From Emiliania huxleyi CCMP1516 (Eukaryota), in contig NW_005201183.1 of the NCBI RefSeq assembly GCF_000372725.1, positions 129,972 through 193,971 of the forward strand: a stretch of 64,000 nucleotides of DNA, read 5' to 3'. The notes under the pieces were generated by a model. It searched no databases. It had not been told where the DNA came from and was given only the letters and a program-made list of their open reading frames with translations. Both the position numbers and the translations under genes were made by a program. This document shows, in pieces, positions 50,452-61,765 of the stretch (positions within the stretch are counted from its first letter, which is position 1; each line of letters starts with the position of its first letter).

Positions 50452-50748
50452 CGTTCTCAGGGTTCCAACTTTTTCCGGGGTATGGTATGGTGTCGCCCAA
50501 ACCGGTAGGGGGTATGGTCCTGCTCGCCCAAGACTAGCCCTACCATACCCCCAAGCAGGTCTGCCAGCAGGAGGTACTTCCAGCCTGCTGTGGGACAGGG
50601 AACAGCTGACGCAGTCTCGCCAAGGCTCGGGTTTGACTCGGCCAGACAAAAACCCGAGGGGCGTGGGCGTACAGTTGTACCTCGCCAGGGGGATCCGGCC
50701 GCCGAAATCGACGTCGCCGGGCCGCCGCGTTTGGGTTGTCTTCGTCAC

Positions 50749-51661
50749 ATGATGTCGTGCGTCGTCGATGGGAAGGCAGCCGTCATGAACTGGCTGAGCA
50801 CCACGGGCGAGTGGCTCGAAGCCCGGTGCGCCCGGGTCGACAACGTCGAGCCCGAGCCGCAGGAGGAATTGGAAGGCGCCATGCGCGCACATTGCTCCTC
50901 TAACCCACCGTGCTTGGCGCTCACCTGCTGCTTTGGCCTATTAGGGGAGTGCGCGAACGACGAGGGCGCTGAGTACAAGGAGCAGCACACCGTCACCAGC
51001 CGCGCAGTCGGGCGCCGCCGCTTCGGCCGCCGGCCACCGCGCCGGACCACGGTCGTGGTCGCAGGAGGCCGCCGCCCTTTCCGGCCTATGATGGGCTTCG
51101 GGCTGGGGGTTGCCACGGGCGCACTCGTGGCGTCGAGCGTCACACGCAACGAGCGGCGGCGCGCTGAGGAGGAGCGGCGGCTTGCCGAGCAGCAGGCTGC
51201 CGCCGCCGCCACCGCCAACTTGCTCGCCGCCAATGCGATCGCCGCCACCGCGTCGGCTGAGCGGGCAGAGGCCGCGGCAAAGGAGGCGGCCGAGCACGCG
51301 GATGCTGCTCAGGAGGCGGCCGAGGAGTCAGCCGGGTCGCTCTCTAGCAAGGTGCTCAGCTCTCTCGAATTCTCGCCCCCGCCATCCCCCGCCGTCCCGC
51401 CCTCGAGGCCCCGCCCCACGGCTGTACCGGCTTCAGGTGGAGCGGATTTGCCAGGCTCTTGGCATTAAGAAGGGGAAGAACTTGCCCAAAGCTGTCAGCA
51501 AGGCGAACATCAAGATGGGATGGGAGGAGGACCCCGGCACGCCTCTGCCCGAGCAGGTTGTCGCTCGCCCGACCTCTCCACGCTGCAGCCCTTCCCGTTA
51601 CCGTCAGCCCTCTCACGCCTGCACGCTGCAGGTGGATCGGCTTCTGAAAGCGCTCGAGTGA
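50749..51661 (+). CDS. Hypothetical protein, probably spliced
   Basis: Coding-like ORFs with a GFGLGVATGALVAS glycine-zipper-like helix. Confidence 0.3.
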
Positions 51662-52979
51662 TGCGCCAAGTCGACAACCAGCGGGACATCACGGCGTCAG
51701 TGGGGCGTCAGCGGGCGACTCGACATTGCCCCGCGCCCCCCTCCATCTCCTTGTGACATCCGTGTGGTGCTCGGCACTGCGGCGACACTGGGTGCGTGGG
51801 TGGCTGAGTGGCTCGGGCGCTCGGCATAGTCAGACGATTGTGTAGAAGTAGAACACGGACATACCACACACGCCCGACCCGCAGAAAAGAGCGGTAAAGC
51901 GTGCCCCCCTTTCCTGCCCGGAGGGGGGGGGATATTGTTCTTCATCTATCTCTGTATATAACCGACAACCGTGTGTGTGTGCTCGTTTCGCTGGCAGCGC
52001 GCGGCGCCGGGCTCGAGGGCTCGACCCTCTCGGCGCCGCCTGTCGTGCCGCGGCTGCCGCGTTGGTCTGTGTCGATGGTCTGTGCATCTCGCAATCCGTT
52101 TGCCTTACCTTAACCATACCTCTCGCAATCCGCCCCTGGTGTCGCAATATCACCAGTCGCTCTCGTCGCTCGGCGCGCATCCCCATCCTCGTCCCTCCCT
52201 CCTCTCCCTCGCCGCGCCGCCGGTACTCGTCGAATGGAAGCTCCTTTGTGAAGTTGCGGGGACCCTGGAATCCCAGCCTGGATTGTAACACTTCTACCTA
52301 GGACGAGAACTAGAGTGATGGTTGGTGCATGGTGGTACTCTCCTGCAAAACCACAGTCCTTCTTGTGACATGGCAGGCCACTCTCAAGCCCTACAAGCAT
52401 CAGATCACCCATTTGGGGAGGGTTGACATCGTGATTTCCGCGGAAAAGTTCTTTTTCTGAAAATTCCAGCTTGAAGAGAGGGAAAACCCCGACTGGAGGG
52501 CCCAGACCTACCCTACCTACCCCGGCATGAGGCCCGCCCAAGCAAGAATATAAACAACACCTGGTCCCTCGCCGAACGCCGATTCTCGCTGGAGAGGGGC
52601 TTATTCGTCCCACTCTCGTCGTTGCCGTACGGGGAGGGGGCTAGGGGGCATCGCCTTCCTCCCCCACGCCACGCATGTCAGGCTCGGCCGCCGCGAGGTC
52701 TCGCGGCGGCTTGGCTGAGGGTCTCTCTTCGGTTCGCGTATGCCGCAAGAAGGACGCATTACTCAATCTACCTCTCTCACCCTCTACCCCTACTCTACGC
52801 GTGCGAGCCGCGTGTGAGTACGGAGGGGCCCATTGCAGAGGTGGGGCGCCCCAGCTCTTCACAACGAACCTGGTCAAGCCACTCGCGGTCGTCCCACCCT
52901 CGTTCTCTCCCCTCTGTCGCGTCTTGGAGCACTTGGCCGCGGTTTGCTAACGAAAGCCTGTTGCCGTACCGTAGTGTAT

Positions 52980-55900
52980 ATGCCGCCCACGCTCCTCGCC
53001 AGCTTTGTCGCTCGCGCCTCCTCCTCCGGCGACGCGGCTGCGCTCGCGGAGCTCGGCCGCGAGGGACTGAGCAGCACGAGCTACGCCTCGCTCTGCGCGA
53101 CCGTGCGCGGAGCTGCCGCCGCGCTGCAGGCGGCCGGAGTCGTGAGCGGCGAGGCCGTCGTCGACTTTTGCGACGAGGGTCGGGCCATGGTGGTCGCCAT
53201 GCTCGCCATCACCATGGCGGGCGCGGCGATGGTCCCTCTCGACCCGGCGGCGCCGCCGGCGAGGCTGTCTGCCCTCGTCGCCGACTGCGGCGCTGCGCTG
53301 GCGCTTTGCACGCGTGCGCGCCTCGCCAGTCTCGCCAGCGCGCTCGATGGCGGCCGCTGCCAGCCGCTCGCACTCGAGGACGTCCTCGTCCGCGACGCTT
53401 CTCTCCCGGCAGCGCCCGCGCCTCCACCGCCCGGCGCCCTCTGCCACCACATCTACACGAGCGGCTCGACCGGGCTGCCAAAGGCGGTCTCGGTGACGCA
53501 CGGCGCGCTGGCAAGCTACGGCCGCGAGAAGGCCCGCACGCAGCGGGTCGGAGGCGCGTCGCGAGTGCTCGTCGCCTCTGCGCACACCTGGGACCCGGCC
53601 GTCGGGGACGTGCCTTCGACCCTCGCGGTCGGCGGGCATCGTGAAGTACTGTGAATTAAGGAGGAGTGGACGACCGAATTAGGTACTCTCGACCCTCGCG
53701 GTCGGCGGGTGCGTGTGCGTCGCGCCGCGCGCGCACCTCGTCAACGACTTGGGCCACGCGATCGCCGCGACGCGCCACCCACTCGCGAGCCAGAACCTTC
53801 TAGGAACCTTCTAGGAAGCTTCTAGGAAGCCTCTAGGCGCGCCACCCACCTCCTCGCGACCCCTTCCCTGTTGTCGCTGCTCGACACGCCGCCCGCAAGC
53901 CTGCCGACGCTCGCCACGCTCGCCGTCGGGGGGGAGCTGTGCCCGCTCCCTCTCCTCGCCCCCTTCGCCGCCGTGGGGTAGTATCATTTGACTATACCGG
54001 CATACGTTCGACTAGAGCAGCATCCTTTGACTGAACTAGCACCCTTTGACCATAGGGTGGAGGTGATCAACGTGTACGGCGTCACGGAGGCCGCCGTCTA
54101 CCAGACGTACGCCACGCTCTCCCACCTCCCGCCCGACCCGGAAGGGACACCGTACTACTTGCGCGGCCGCGCCGCCGCCGCCGGCGCCGGCGTCGCCTTT
54201 GCGCCCGCCGGCATCCCCTTTCGTGGCGTCGAGCTCGCGCTCGCCCCGCCCTCCGCCCGTGCAGCGGAGGGGGGTGAGGACGGGCTCGGCTCCGACGACC
54301 GGCGCGAGCTCCTCATCGGCGGCGACCAGCTAGGAACCTTCTAGGAACCTTCTAGGAACCCTCTAGGCGCGAGCTCCTCATCGGCGGCGACCAGCTCGCC
54401 GTCGGCTACCTCAACCGGCCACGCCTCACCGCGGAAAAGTTCGTCTGGCTGCCGGACGCGGCCGTCGAGCGGCTCCCGCGCTCGTACGGCCGGGCGGCGC
54501 CGCCGCACTGCGGAGGGTGCGGAGGGCGAGGCGCGCGCGGCGGTCGAGGAGGGGGAGAGGAAGGCGGCGAGGCGGGCGGCGAGGCGGGCGGGGAGGCGGG
54601 CGGCGAGGCGGGCGGCGAGGCGGGCGGCGAGGCGGGCGGGGAGGCGGGCGGGGAGGCGGGCGGGGAGGGGCGTGGCGCGGGGCGTGGCGCGGCGTCGGGC
54701 GACGGAGGCCAGCGCTGGTTCCGCACGGGCGACGCCGCCGAGTGGGGGGCGGACGGGCTGCGGATTTGCGGCAGGCTGGACGAGCAGGTCAAGCTGCGCG
54801 GGATTCGGATCGAGCTCGGCGAGGTCGAGCACGTCGCGCGCTGCTCTGACCTCGTCACCGCCGCCGCCGCCGCCGTCCGGGGCGACCAGCTCCTGCCACA
54901 CACGTGGTGCCGCCGACCCGTCCTAGACGGTTCCTGGAGCCTTCCTGGAGCCTTCCTGTAGGCGGCCAGCTCTTGCTGTACGTTGTGCCGTCCGTGCCGC
55001 GGGCTGCGTTTGAGGAGGGCGGAGGGGGCGTCGAGGTGCTGCTGACGCTGCGCCGGCGGCTCCCGCCGCAGCTCGTCCCGGCGCAGGTGGTCGCCGTCGC
55101 CGCTCTGCCCCTCTCTCCCGGAGGCAAGCTGATGCGGTCGAGGCTGCCGCCGCCGCCGCCGCGCGCCGCGCGTCTCTCGCCCGCCGCGAGAGAGGGGTTC
55201 CGCAGCGAGACGGAGAGGCACGTCGCCGCGGCGTGGGCCGCCGCGCTCGGCGCCGCCGTCGGCCCGGGGGACAACTTTTGGCAGCTCGGCGGCACGTCGC
55301 TGATCGCCGCGAAGATGCTGCGGCTGCTGCAGGGCTCGCTGGGCGAGGAGCACGGCAGAGACTCGTTTGAGCGCGGCAACCAGCGCTTCGCGACGCGGCT
55401 GTGCGGCCTGTACCGCAAGCCGAGGCTGCGCGACTATTGTGTGTGGCTCGACTGGGCGGCGCTTCCTCCGCCGAGCCGTTCGCCGCGCGCCGCCGCCGCC
55501 TTCACCGCCTTCACGTCCGGCGCGAGGACGGCGGTCGCGGCAGAGGGGGAGGCTGCTGGCTCCGAGGCGCGGCCGGAGGAGGCGGAGGGGGCGGCGGAGG
55601 GGGCGGCGGCAAGGGCGGCGGCGGGGGAGGCGGAGGCGGCGAGGGCCGCCGCGGCGGCAGACGCCGACGAGCTCCTCGCGGCGGGCGAGGAGGAGCTGCC
55701 AGAGGAGGAGGACCTGAAGCGGCTCGCGACCGAGGCGCTCGGCGCGGCCGCCGCGACCGGCAGCGCCCGGCTGGTTGCGGCGCTGCTCGCCGCTCGCGCT
55801 TCGGCCGACGGCGGCGCCTCTCGCGCCGCGCGGGGCCCGACGCCGCTCATGCGCGCCGTCGGGCGAGAGATAGCCGAGAGACAGCGGAGAGACAGCCGAG

Positions 55901-57271
55901 AGATAGCCGAGAGACAGAGCCGAGAGATAGCCGAGAGACAGAGCCGAGAGATAGCCGAGAGACAGAGCCGAGAGATAGCCGAGATATGACGCCGCTCGTG
56001 CGCGCCGTCGGGCGCGAGAGACGCGTGGCCGCACCGGACCTGCTCGGAAGCTTCTCGGAAGCTTCTCGGAACCTTCCTGCAGGCACGTGGACGTGCTCGC
56101 GACGCTCGCTGCAGCGGGCGTGACTGTCCGCCTCTCCAGCCACTCGCACGCGAGCGCGGCACACCTCGCCGCCGCTGGCGGCCACGCTGCCTCGCTGCGG
56201 CTGCTGCTGCGGCTCGGCGCGCCGCTGCAGGCGCGCGGCACGTCCGAGCGGACGACGCTGTACCGCCACCCAAAGAGTAGCCGAGACGGGCTGGAGTTAG
56301 GCGCGGGACACGTCCAAGTGGACGGTGCTCTATCACGCGGCGTGGGGCGGCCACGCCGAGTGCGTCGCGCTGCTGCTCGACGCGCGAGCGCGCTGCGACG
56401 CCTCTGACCGGTGGGGGAGGTCGCCACTCTGCTGAGATATAGCCGAGATATAGCTGAGATAGCCGAGATATAGCCGAGATATAGCCAAGATGGGTCGCCG
56501 ATCTGCCGAGAGATAGCCGAGATATAGCCGAGATATAGCCGAGATATAGCCGAGATATAGCCGAGATATAGCCGAGATAGGTCGCCGCTCTGCTGGGCGT
56601 GCTGCCGCGCGCACGAGCGAGTGGTGGCGCTGCTCCTCGAGGCGGGCGCCAGCCCCGACGGCAACCGCCGGCCGCAGCGGGCGCACAGCGAGCGGTTCGG
56701 CCACGTGTACAGCCCGCCGCTCCACCTGGCGCTGCTCGGTGGCGATGCGGACGAGGGGCGAGGGGGCGAGGGGCCTGGGGGCGGGGAGGAGCGGCGGGAG
56801 ACAGACGAGGCTGTGGCAGCAGAGGCGGCGAGGCAGGCGCCGGGGGAGAGCTCGGCGGGTGGCGCCGCGGCGGACGTGGCGGCAGGTGGGCGGAGGGTGC
56901 GGCCGGACGCTCTAGCCGTCGTCAAGTTGCTCCTGGCCGCGCGCGCAGACGCGAATCGGCGCGACCAGCTCGGGCGCACGCCGTTGCGCGTCGCGAGCGC
57001 GGCTGGCCTCGCAGAGGCAGTGGTGCTGCTCGAGGCCGCGGGGGCGCGGCGAGACGACGAGCCGCGCGCAGGCTCTGCGCGCCATCGGGAGGAGGCTGCT
57101 GTGGCGCCCGAGGCTGCCCCTGCGAGCGGCGCGCCGGCACAGGCTGGCGCCGAGAAGCCGTGGCTCCGCGCGCGCTGCTGGGCGGCGGCGAGTTCGGGTT
57201 GGGCTTGGCCACCGGGCGTGGCGCCGCGCGAGGGAGCGACCTCGACCCGAGCGCCTGACAGGTGTGTGTGA
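52980..57271 (+). CDS. Stand-alone NRPS-like protein: adenylation + thiolation (PCP) + ankyrin repeats, multi-exon
   Basis: A-domain cores: [76 protein letters not shown] and [21 protein letters not shown]. Ankyrins: [28 protein letters not shown] and [11 protein letters not shown]. Confidence 0.88.
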
Positions 57272-58401
57272 TGAGATATTTGATGAATACAGGCGCGGCC
57301 GGGGCCCCGCGGTGCGCGAACCGCCCGCGGCGATTCGTATTTCAGTATTCGTCTTGCAGCTGCACACACGGCAAAAAAGCTTGCATTTTGTCTGCAACAG
57401 ACAACACAAACGCCGCTCTCTCTGTCTCTCTCCGAGTCCGTCAGTCCGACTCCGTCAGCTCGGGGGAGTCGTCAGAGTGTAGCGTTTGTGTACGGCTCTT
57501 TAGGCTGTAGCGACGGACGCGGTGTATATGGTGCAGTTCCATTTCACTGTGGCACAGCTCGCGTTACACAATCTTGATTTTGGTCATTTGCGCCAATTCG
57601 TACCTCTCGGTGCCTTCCAGAGGCAGCCGCGACCCCGCCGAGTGGACGGTTGCACACAGCAGGTGGCGCGGTGTGCAACCGTCCGCCACACTCGTCGGGG
57701 TCGCAGCTGCCTCCGTGCGCGTCCTGGGGAGGTACAAAATTGTCGCCGCCGGAGACGACTCGACGCCGCTGAGATCGGAGATCAAGCTCTGACAGGTCGC
57801 ACGTCGCTCCTTTGACGCCGACGTGACTCGCCCGTGCAGAGCACATCAGTACATGGTTTCGACGCGCTCGGTACGACGCCTGCGACCCGTCTCGGGTCAG
57901 GTGGCACGACGCTCATCGCGCCTGCCAGCGCTGCCGTGCAGGCTGCCACGACGAGGTCGAGCACGCTTCTATACGCTCGCCCAGCCTTCCTTTCCATCCC
58001 ATTAGGCAGCCTGGGAACGGTGGCGGTCAGAGGCAAAGCCTGCGAGGGGTGGTGGAACCACATGTCACGGCTACTGCCGGCTCGACCCCACGATAGCCTC
58101 CGAAGGCTGACTTTGAGGCACAATCATCGTACGATGTGGACGAGTTGGGTCGCTCTCGCGGTAGCCAGATGACCTCTCATACTAGTATATCATCGACCAT
58201 GGCCGCAGGGAGCGCGGGGGATGGCGCAGGGAGCAACACGGAGCTCCGTTGGACGTTTTCAAGATTAGCGCGTGTCAGAGTGAAATGGAACTAGCCGAAA
58301 CTCTCTACGGTCTACGGATCTGGATGCCGAGTTTGAGCGGCTCGTCGGAGGTGGGTTTGACGATTTGGGTGATACGCGAGGCCTGGGTGGCGAGAATGAA
58401 T

Positions 58402-60024
58402 TCAATAAAAGCCATACCGATACCCACCATACCGTCCATAATCGTCGTCAGACTCGTACCCGTCGCGACAGTCCCAACACATGGGCTTGGAGCCGCAGTA
58501 CGACGCTGGCGGCGAGTACGGGCGGCCGCAGTCGTAGCACCGGGACGTGTGCGAGCTGTATGCGCCTCGTCCGCGCCGATACGCCGCCTCAAAAGCGCGA
58601 TCGCGTTCCTCCTCCGCGCACTCCTCGCACAGCTCCTCTCCGTACTCGCAGTATTCGCCGCACCGGGTGCAGAAGCACTCGTCGTCGCTGTACTCACCGC
58701 GGCTGCTGCCACCGCTGCTGCCGCCGCTTGGTCTGGTGCTGGGTCCGCCACCGCCGCCAGTGCCAGAGGCTTGTGCGCTCAGGGCCTCGTAGGCCACCTG
58801 CAGCCGCTTGAACGCCGCCTCCGCCTGGCGCGCCTGGTTCTTGTCGGGATGGAGTAGTAGCGCGAGCTTCCGGTACGCGGCGCGCACCGCGTCCGCGCTG
58901 GCCGCCTGCGTCGCGCTGAGCTGCAGCACCGCGGCGTTCTCCCTGGGCCCCAGCTTCAGCACGCGCGCCGCCGCCTCGGCCATCGGCGTCCCCGCGCCGA
59001 ACTTGCGCAGGTGCGCGGCGAGCTGCGCCGCGGCCTCGTTGCCCTCGTGCAGCCGCAGGCTCTTCTCGCAGAAGCGCAGCGCGGCCGCGTCGTCGCCCGC
59101 CTCGTGCCGCTTCCGCGCCTTGTCGAGCCATTCCTCCGCCGCCTGCCGGTTGGTCTCGGAGCAGATCGCGGGCGACGGCGCCGCCTCGCGGGGCGTCGCG
59201 TCGGCGGGTGGAGGGGGTGGCGCGGCAGCAGCCTCTGCCGGCTGCTGCGCCGCCGTCTCTGTCGCGTTTGCCGCCTCCGCTGTCGGTGCCTCTGCTGCGG
59301 CACCCGTCGCCTTCGCCTCCGCCGCAGCTGGTCCAGCCGCTGCGGGTGCAGGCGCCGCGCGCGCGGGCCGGCGGAACCGCTTCGGCTTCCACGCTCCTCG
59401 CGAAAAGGGTTGTTTGACGGTCTCCGCCTCCTGGACGAGCTTGCAGCTGATTCTAAAGCCGTAGCCATAGTTAACGCCAGGAAAGGACAGCTCGAAGTCA
59501 TGCATCTGCAGCTGTGCCTCCTTGGCGTTCGCTGGGTCAGCGTACACGATGTTGGCCATGTTGGCCAGCCGGTAGTTCATCATCTTGCTCGTTGGGTCCT
59601 TCATCAGCGTTACCTGCAGTAGCTCGCCAAACGGCGAGAACTTCGCACGCACCTGCATCGCGCTGACGTCCGGGTGTAGCCCAGAGACCCTCAGCTGCCA
59701 CTGGGTCGGCACAGGCGGCCGCTGCGCAGTCGGCTCAGCACCGAAGACAAATGTCGTCTTTGGAGGTGCAAACTCAACCGTCTGCCCAGTCGCAGCGCTC
59801 TTCGCTTCGACCGACAGACCCTCGAACCCGGCGGCCATCACCGAGTCCGGGCTGCAGGGCTCGGACGCATCGGAGGAGCGCCGCCTCTCGGCGCTAAGAC
59901 GGCGGTGCCGCACGCGGTCGCATGCGACACACATGTCCACAAGGAACTCATCCTCGTCGAACTCAATCGGTATGGAGCACTGGCTGCACAGCTCCGAGGG
60001 GTGTGGCGCGCTCGATGCCGCCAT
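58402..60024 (-). CDS. RRM + TPR-like helix + DnaJ (J-domain) protein with Cys-rich termini, intronless
   Basis: LRVSGLHPDVSAMQVRAKFSPFG (RRM); AYRKLALLLHPDKN..AEAAFKRLQVAYEAL (J-domain with HPD); CxxC pairs at both ends. Confidence 0.85.
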   Translation of the reverse strand: MAASSAPHPSELCSQCSIPIEFDEDEFLVDMCVACDRVRHRRLSAERRRSSDASEPCSPDSVMAAGFEGLSVEAKSAATGQTVEFAPPKTTFVFGAEPTAQRPPVPTQWQLRVSGLHPDVSAMQVRAKFSPFGELLQVTLMKDPTSKMMNYRLANMANIVYADPANAKEAQLQMHDFELSFPGVNYGYGFRISCKLVQEAETVKQPFSRGAWKPKRFRRPARAAPAPAAAGPAAAEAKATGAAAEAPTAEAANATETAAQQPAEAAAAPPPPPADATPREAAPSPAICSETNRQAAEEWLDKARKRHEAGDDAAALRFCEKSLRLHEGNEAAAQLAAHLRKFGAGTPMAEAAARVLKLGPRENAAVLQLSATQAASADAVRAAYRKLALLLHPDKNQARQAEAAFKRLQVAYEALSAQASGTGGGGGPSTRPSGGSSGGSSRGEYSDDECFCTRCGEYCEYGEELCEECAEEERDRAFEAAYRRGRGAYSSHTSRCYDCGRPYSPPASYCGSKPMCWDCRDGYESDDDYGRYGGYRYGFY

Positions 60025-60340
60025 CGGCGCACGAACAATCGAGGCGCCGCCTTTCTGGCGGGAAATTCTGTGCATGCGGGGTCGTTTGTACAGAATCTTG
60101 CCCATGGGTTATGCGAAAAGAATCTTGCGACGCCATACTAGTACTTCCGCGCGCGCGTGGGGCTGGGGGGAGTCGGAGAGGGCCGTGCAGGACGCTGTTG
60201 TTGGAGGATGGTACACTGTCGCGTCGTCCTAGCACGGGGGAGTTCGAGGGGGAGTGCCCGTACCCGTGATGTGGACCGCTAGGTGTAACAGCAGCAACGT
60301 CAGTAACCTCGGCTCCTGCGCTCCTCGCCGCCTTCCCTGC

Positions 60341-61765
60341 TCACTGCCCCGGCGCCCACGCCTCGACCTTCTTGGGCAGCAGCTGGTCCGACAGGTCCTC
60401 CCCGTGGCCTAGGCAGCCGCCGCCGCCCTCGCCCCACGAGAAGAAGGCGCCGTCGGCGGTGAGGGCGAGGCTGTGGAACGCTCCAGCCGACACAGCGATG
60501 ACGCGCCGCCCCGCCAAGGCCTCGACCTTCTTGGGCAGCAGCTGGTTCTGCGTGTCGCCGTGGCCCAGCCGGCCCCCGCCTCCATGGCCCCAGCTCCAAA
60601 TGGCGCCGTCGGCGGTGATGGCGAGGCTGTGGAAGCGTCCAGCCGACACAGCGACGACGTGCTGGTCAGCAAAGGCCTCGACCTTCTTCGGCAGCAGCTG
60701 GTCCTGCTCGTCGCCGTGGCCCAGCTTGCCAAAGCCTCCCCCACCCCAGCTCCAGACGCTGCCGTCGGCAGTGAGGGCGAGGCTGTGGAGTGCTCCAGCC
60801 GACACAGCGACGACGCGTTGTCCGAAGGCCTCGATCTTCGTGGGCTCCAGCTGGGCCTGCTGGTCGCCGTGGCCCAACTGGCTGAAGAATCCAGAGCCCC
60901 AGCTCCAGACGGCGCCGTCGGCGGTGGTGGCGAGGCTGTAGTCATCTCCAGCCGACACAGCGACGACGCGCTGGCCAGCAAAGGCCTCGACCTTCTTCGG
61001 CAGCAGCTGGCGCTGTCGGTCGCCGTGGCCGAGCTTGCCAGAGCCTCCCTCGCCCCAGCTCCAGACGCCGCCATCTGCGGTGAGGGCGAAGCTGTGGAAG
61101 ACTCCCGCCGAGACTGCGACGACGCTCTGGCCCGCAAAGGCCGCAATCTTCGTCGGCTGCCACTGGCCCTGATGGTCGCCGTGGCCCAGCGCGCCCAAGC
61201 CTCCCTGGCCCCAGCTCCAAACGGCGCCGCTGCTAGTGAGGGCGAGGCAGTGGAATCCTCCAACCGCCACGCTCACGGCGCGCTCGCCACCCAGCGTGGA
61301 AGGGAGGCGGGTCGGCGTGTTGAGCCGCGTCACACCCTCGCCGTGGCCGAGGAGGCCTGGGATGTGATCCGGCGCGCAGCCGCTCGACGAGAGCCGCCCC
61401 TCGCCGACGATGAAGACGCTGTGCTGTTGGCCTGCGGCCGCCCTCGCCGGCGGGTTGGACTCGCGCAGCAGCGCGGCGAAACACAGCCACCGCACGGCGC
61501 AGCTCTCGCCCTCTGGCTGCGCCGGCAGCTCGAAGCCGCGCTCTTGCGCCCACAAGCGGATGGCCTCCAGCGCCAGCGAGGCGTGGAAGAGGAGCGAGAC
61601 GGCCGCGACGCGAGCGATGTCGGCGGGGTCGCAGCGAGAGATGGCGCGCACGAGGAGCTCCGTGGGGAGGTCGAGGAGGCGGGCGGGCGGCGGCGTGTCT
61701 GGCGAGGGGGCGGCGGTGGCGGCGGGGGCGAGGCGGCGCGAGCGGCGGCGCGGCGGGGTGGACAT
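60341..61765 (-). CDS. RCC1-repeat protein with F-box-like N-terminus, paralog of 37173-38645
   Basis: Same architecture, and near-identical upstream sequence (61766-61898 vs 38646-38805). Confidence 0.9.
   Translation of the reverse strand: MSTPPRRRSRRLAPAATAAPSPDTPPPARLLDLPTELLVRAISRCDPADIARVAAVSLLFHASLALEAIRLWAQERGFELPAQPEGESCAVRWLCFAALLRESNPPARAAAGQQHSVFIVGEGRLSSSGCAPDHIPGLLGHGEGVTRLNTPTRLPSTLGGERAVSVAVGGFHCLALTSSGAVWSWGQGGLGALGHGDHQGQWQPTKIAAFAGQSVVAVSAGVFHSFALTADGGVWSWGEGGSGKLGHGDRQRQLLPKKVEAFAGQRVVAVSAGDDYSLATTADGAVWSWGSGFFSQLGHGDQQAQLEPTKIEAFGQRVVAVSAGALHSLALTADGSVWSWGGGGFGKLGHGDEQDQLLPKKVEAFADQHVVAVSAGRFHSLAITADGAIWSWGHGGGGRLGHGDTQNQLLPKKVEALAGRRVIAVSAGAFHSLALTADGAFFSWGEGGGGCLGHGEDLSDQLLPKKVEAWAPGQ

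Noticed and set aside
54406..57369. 987-aa minus-strand ORF and similar long antisense ORFs across the window
   Set aside because: Shadow ORFs caused by high GC opposite genuine genes; no recognisable motifs.
52980..61765. Biosynthetic gene cluster around the NRPS-like gene
   Set aside because: The neighbours (DnaJ, RCC1, hypothetical proteins) are not tailoring or transport enzymes.
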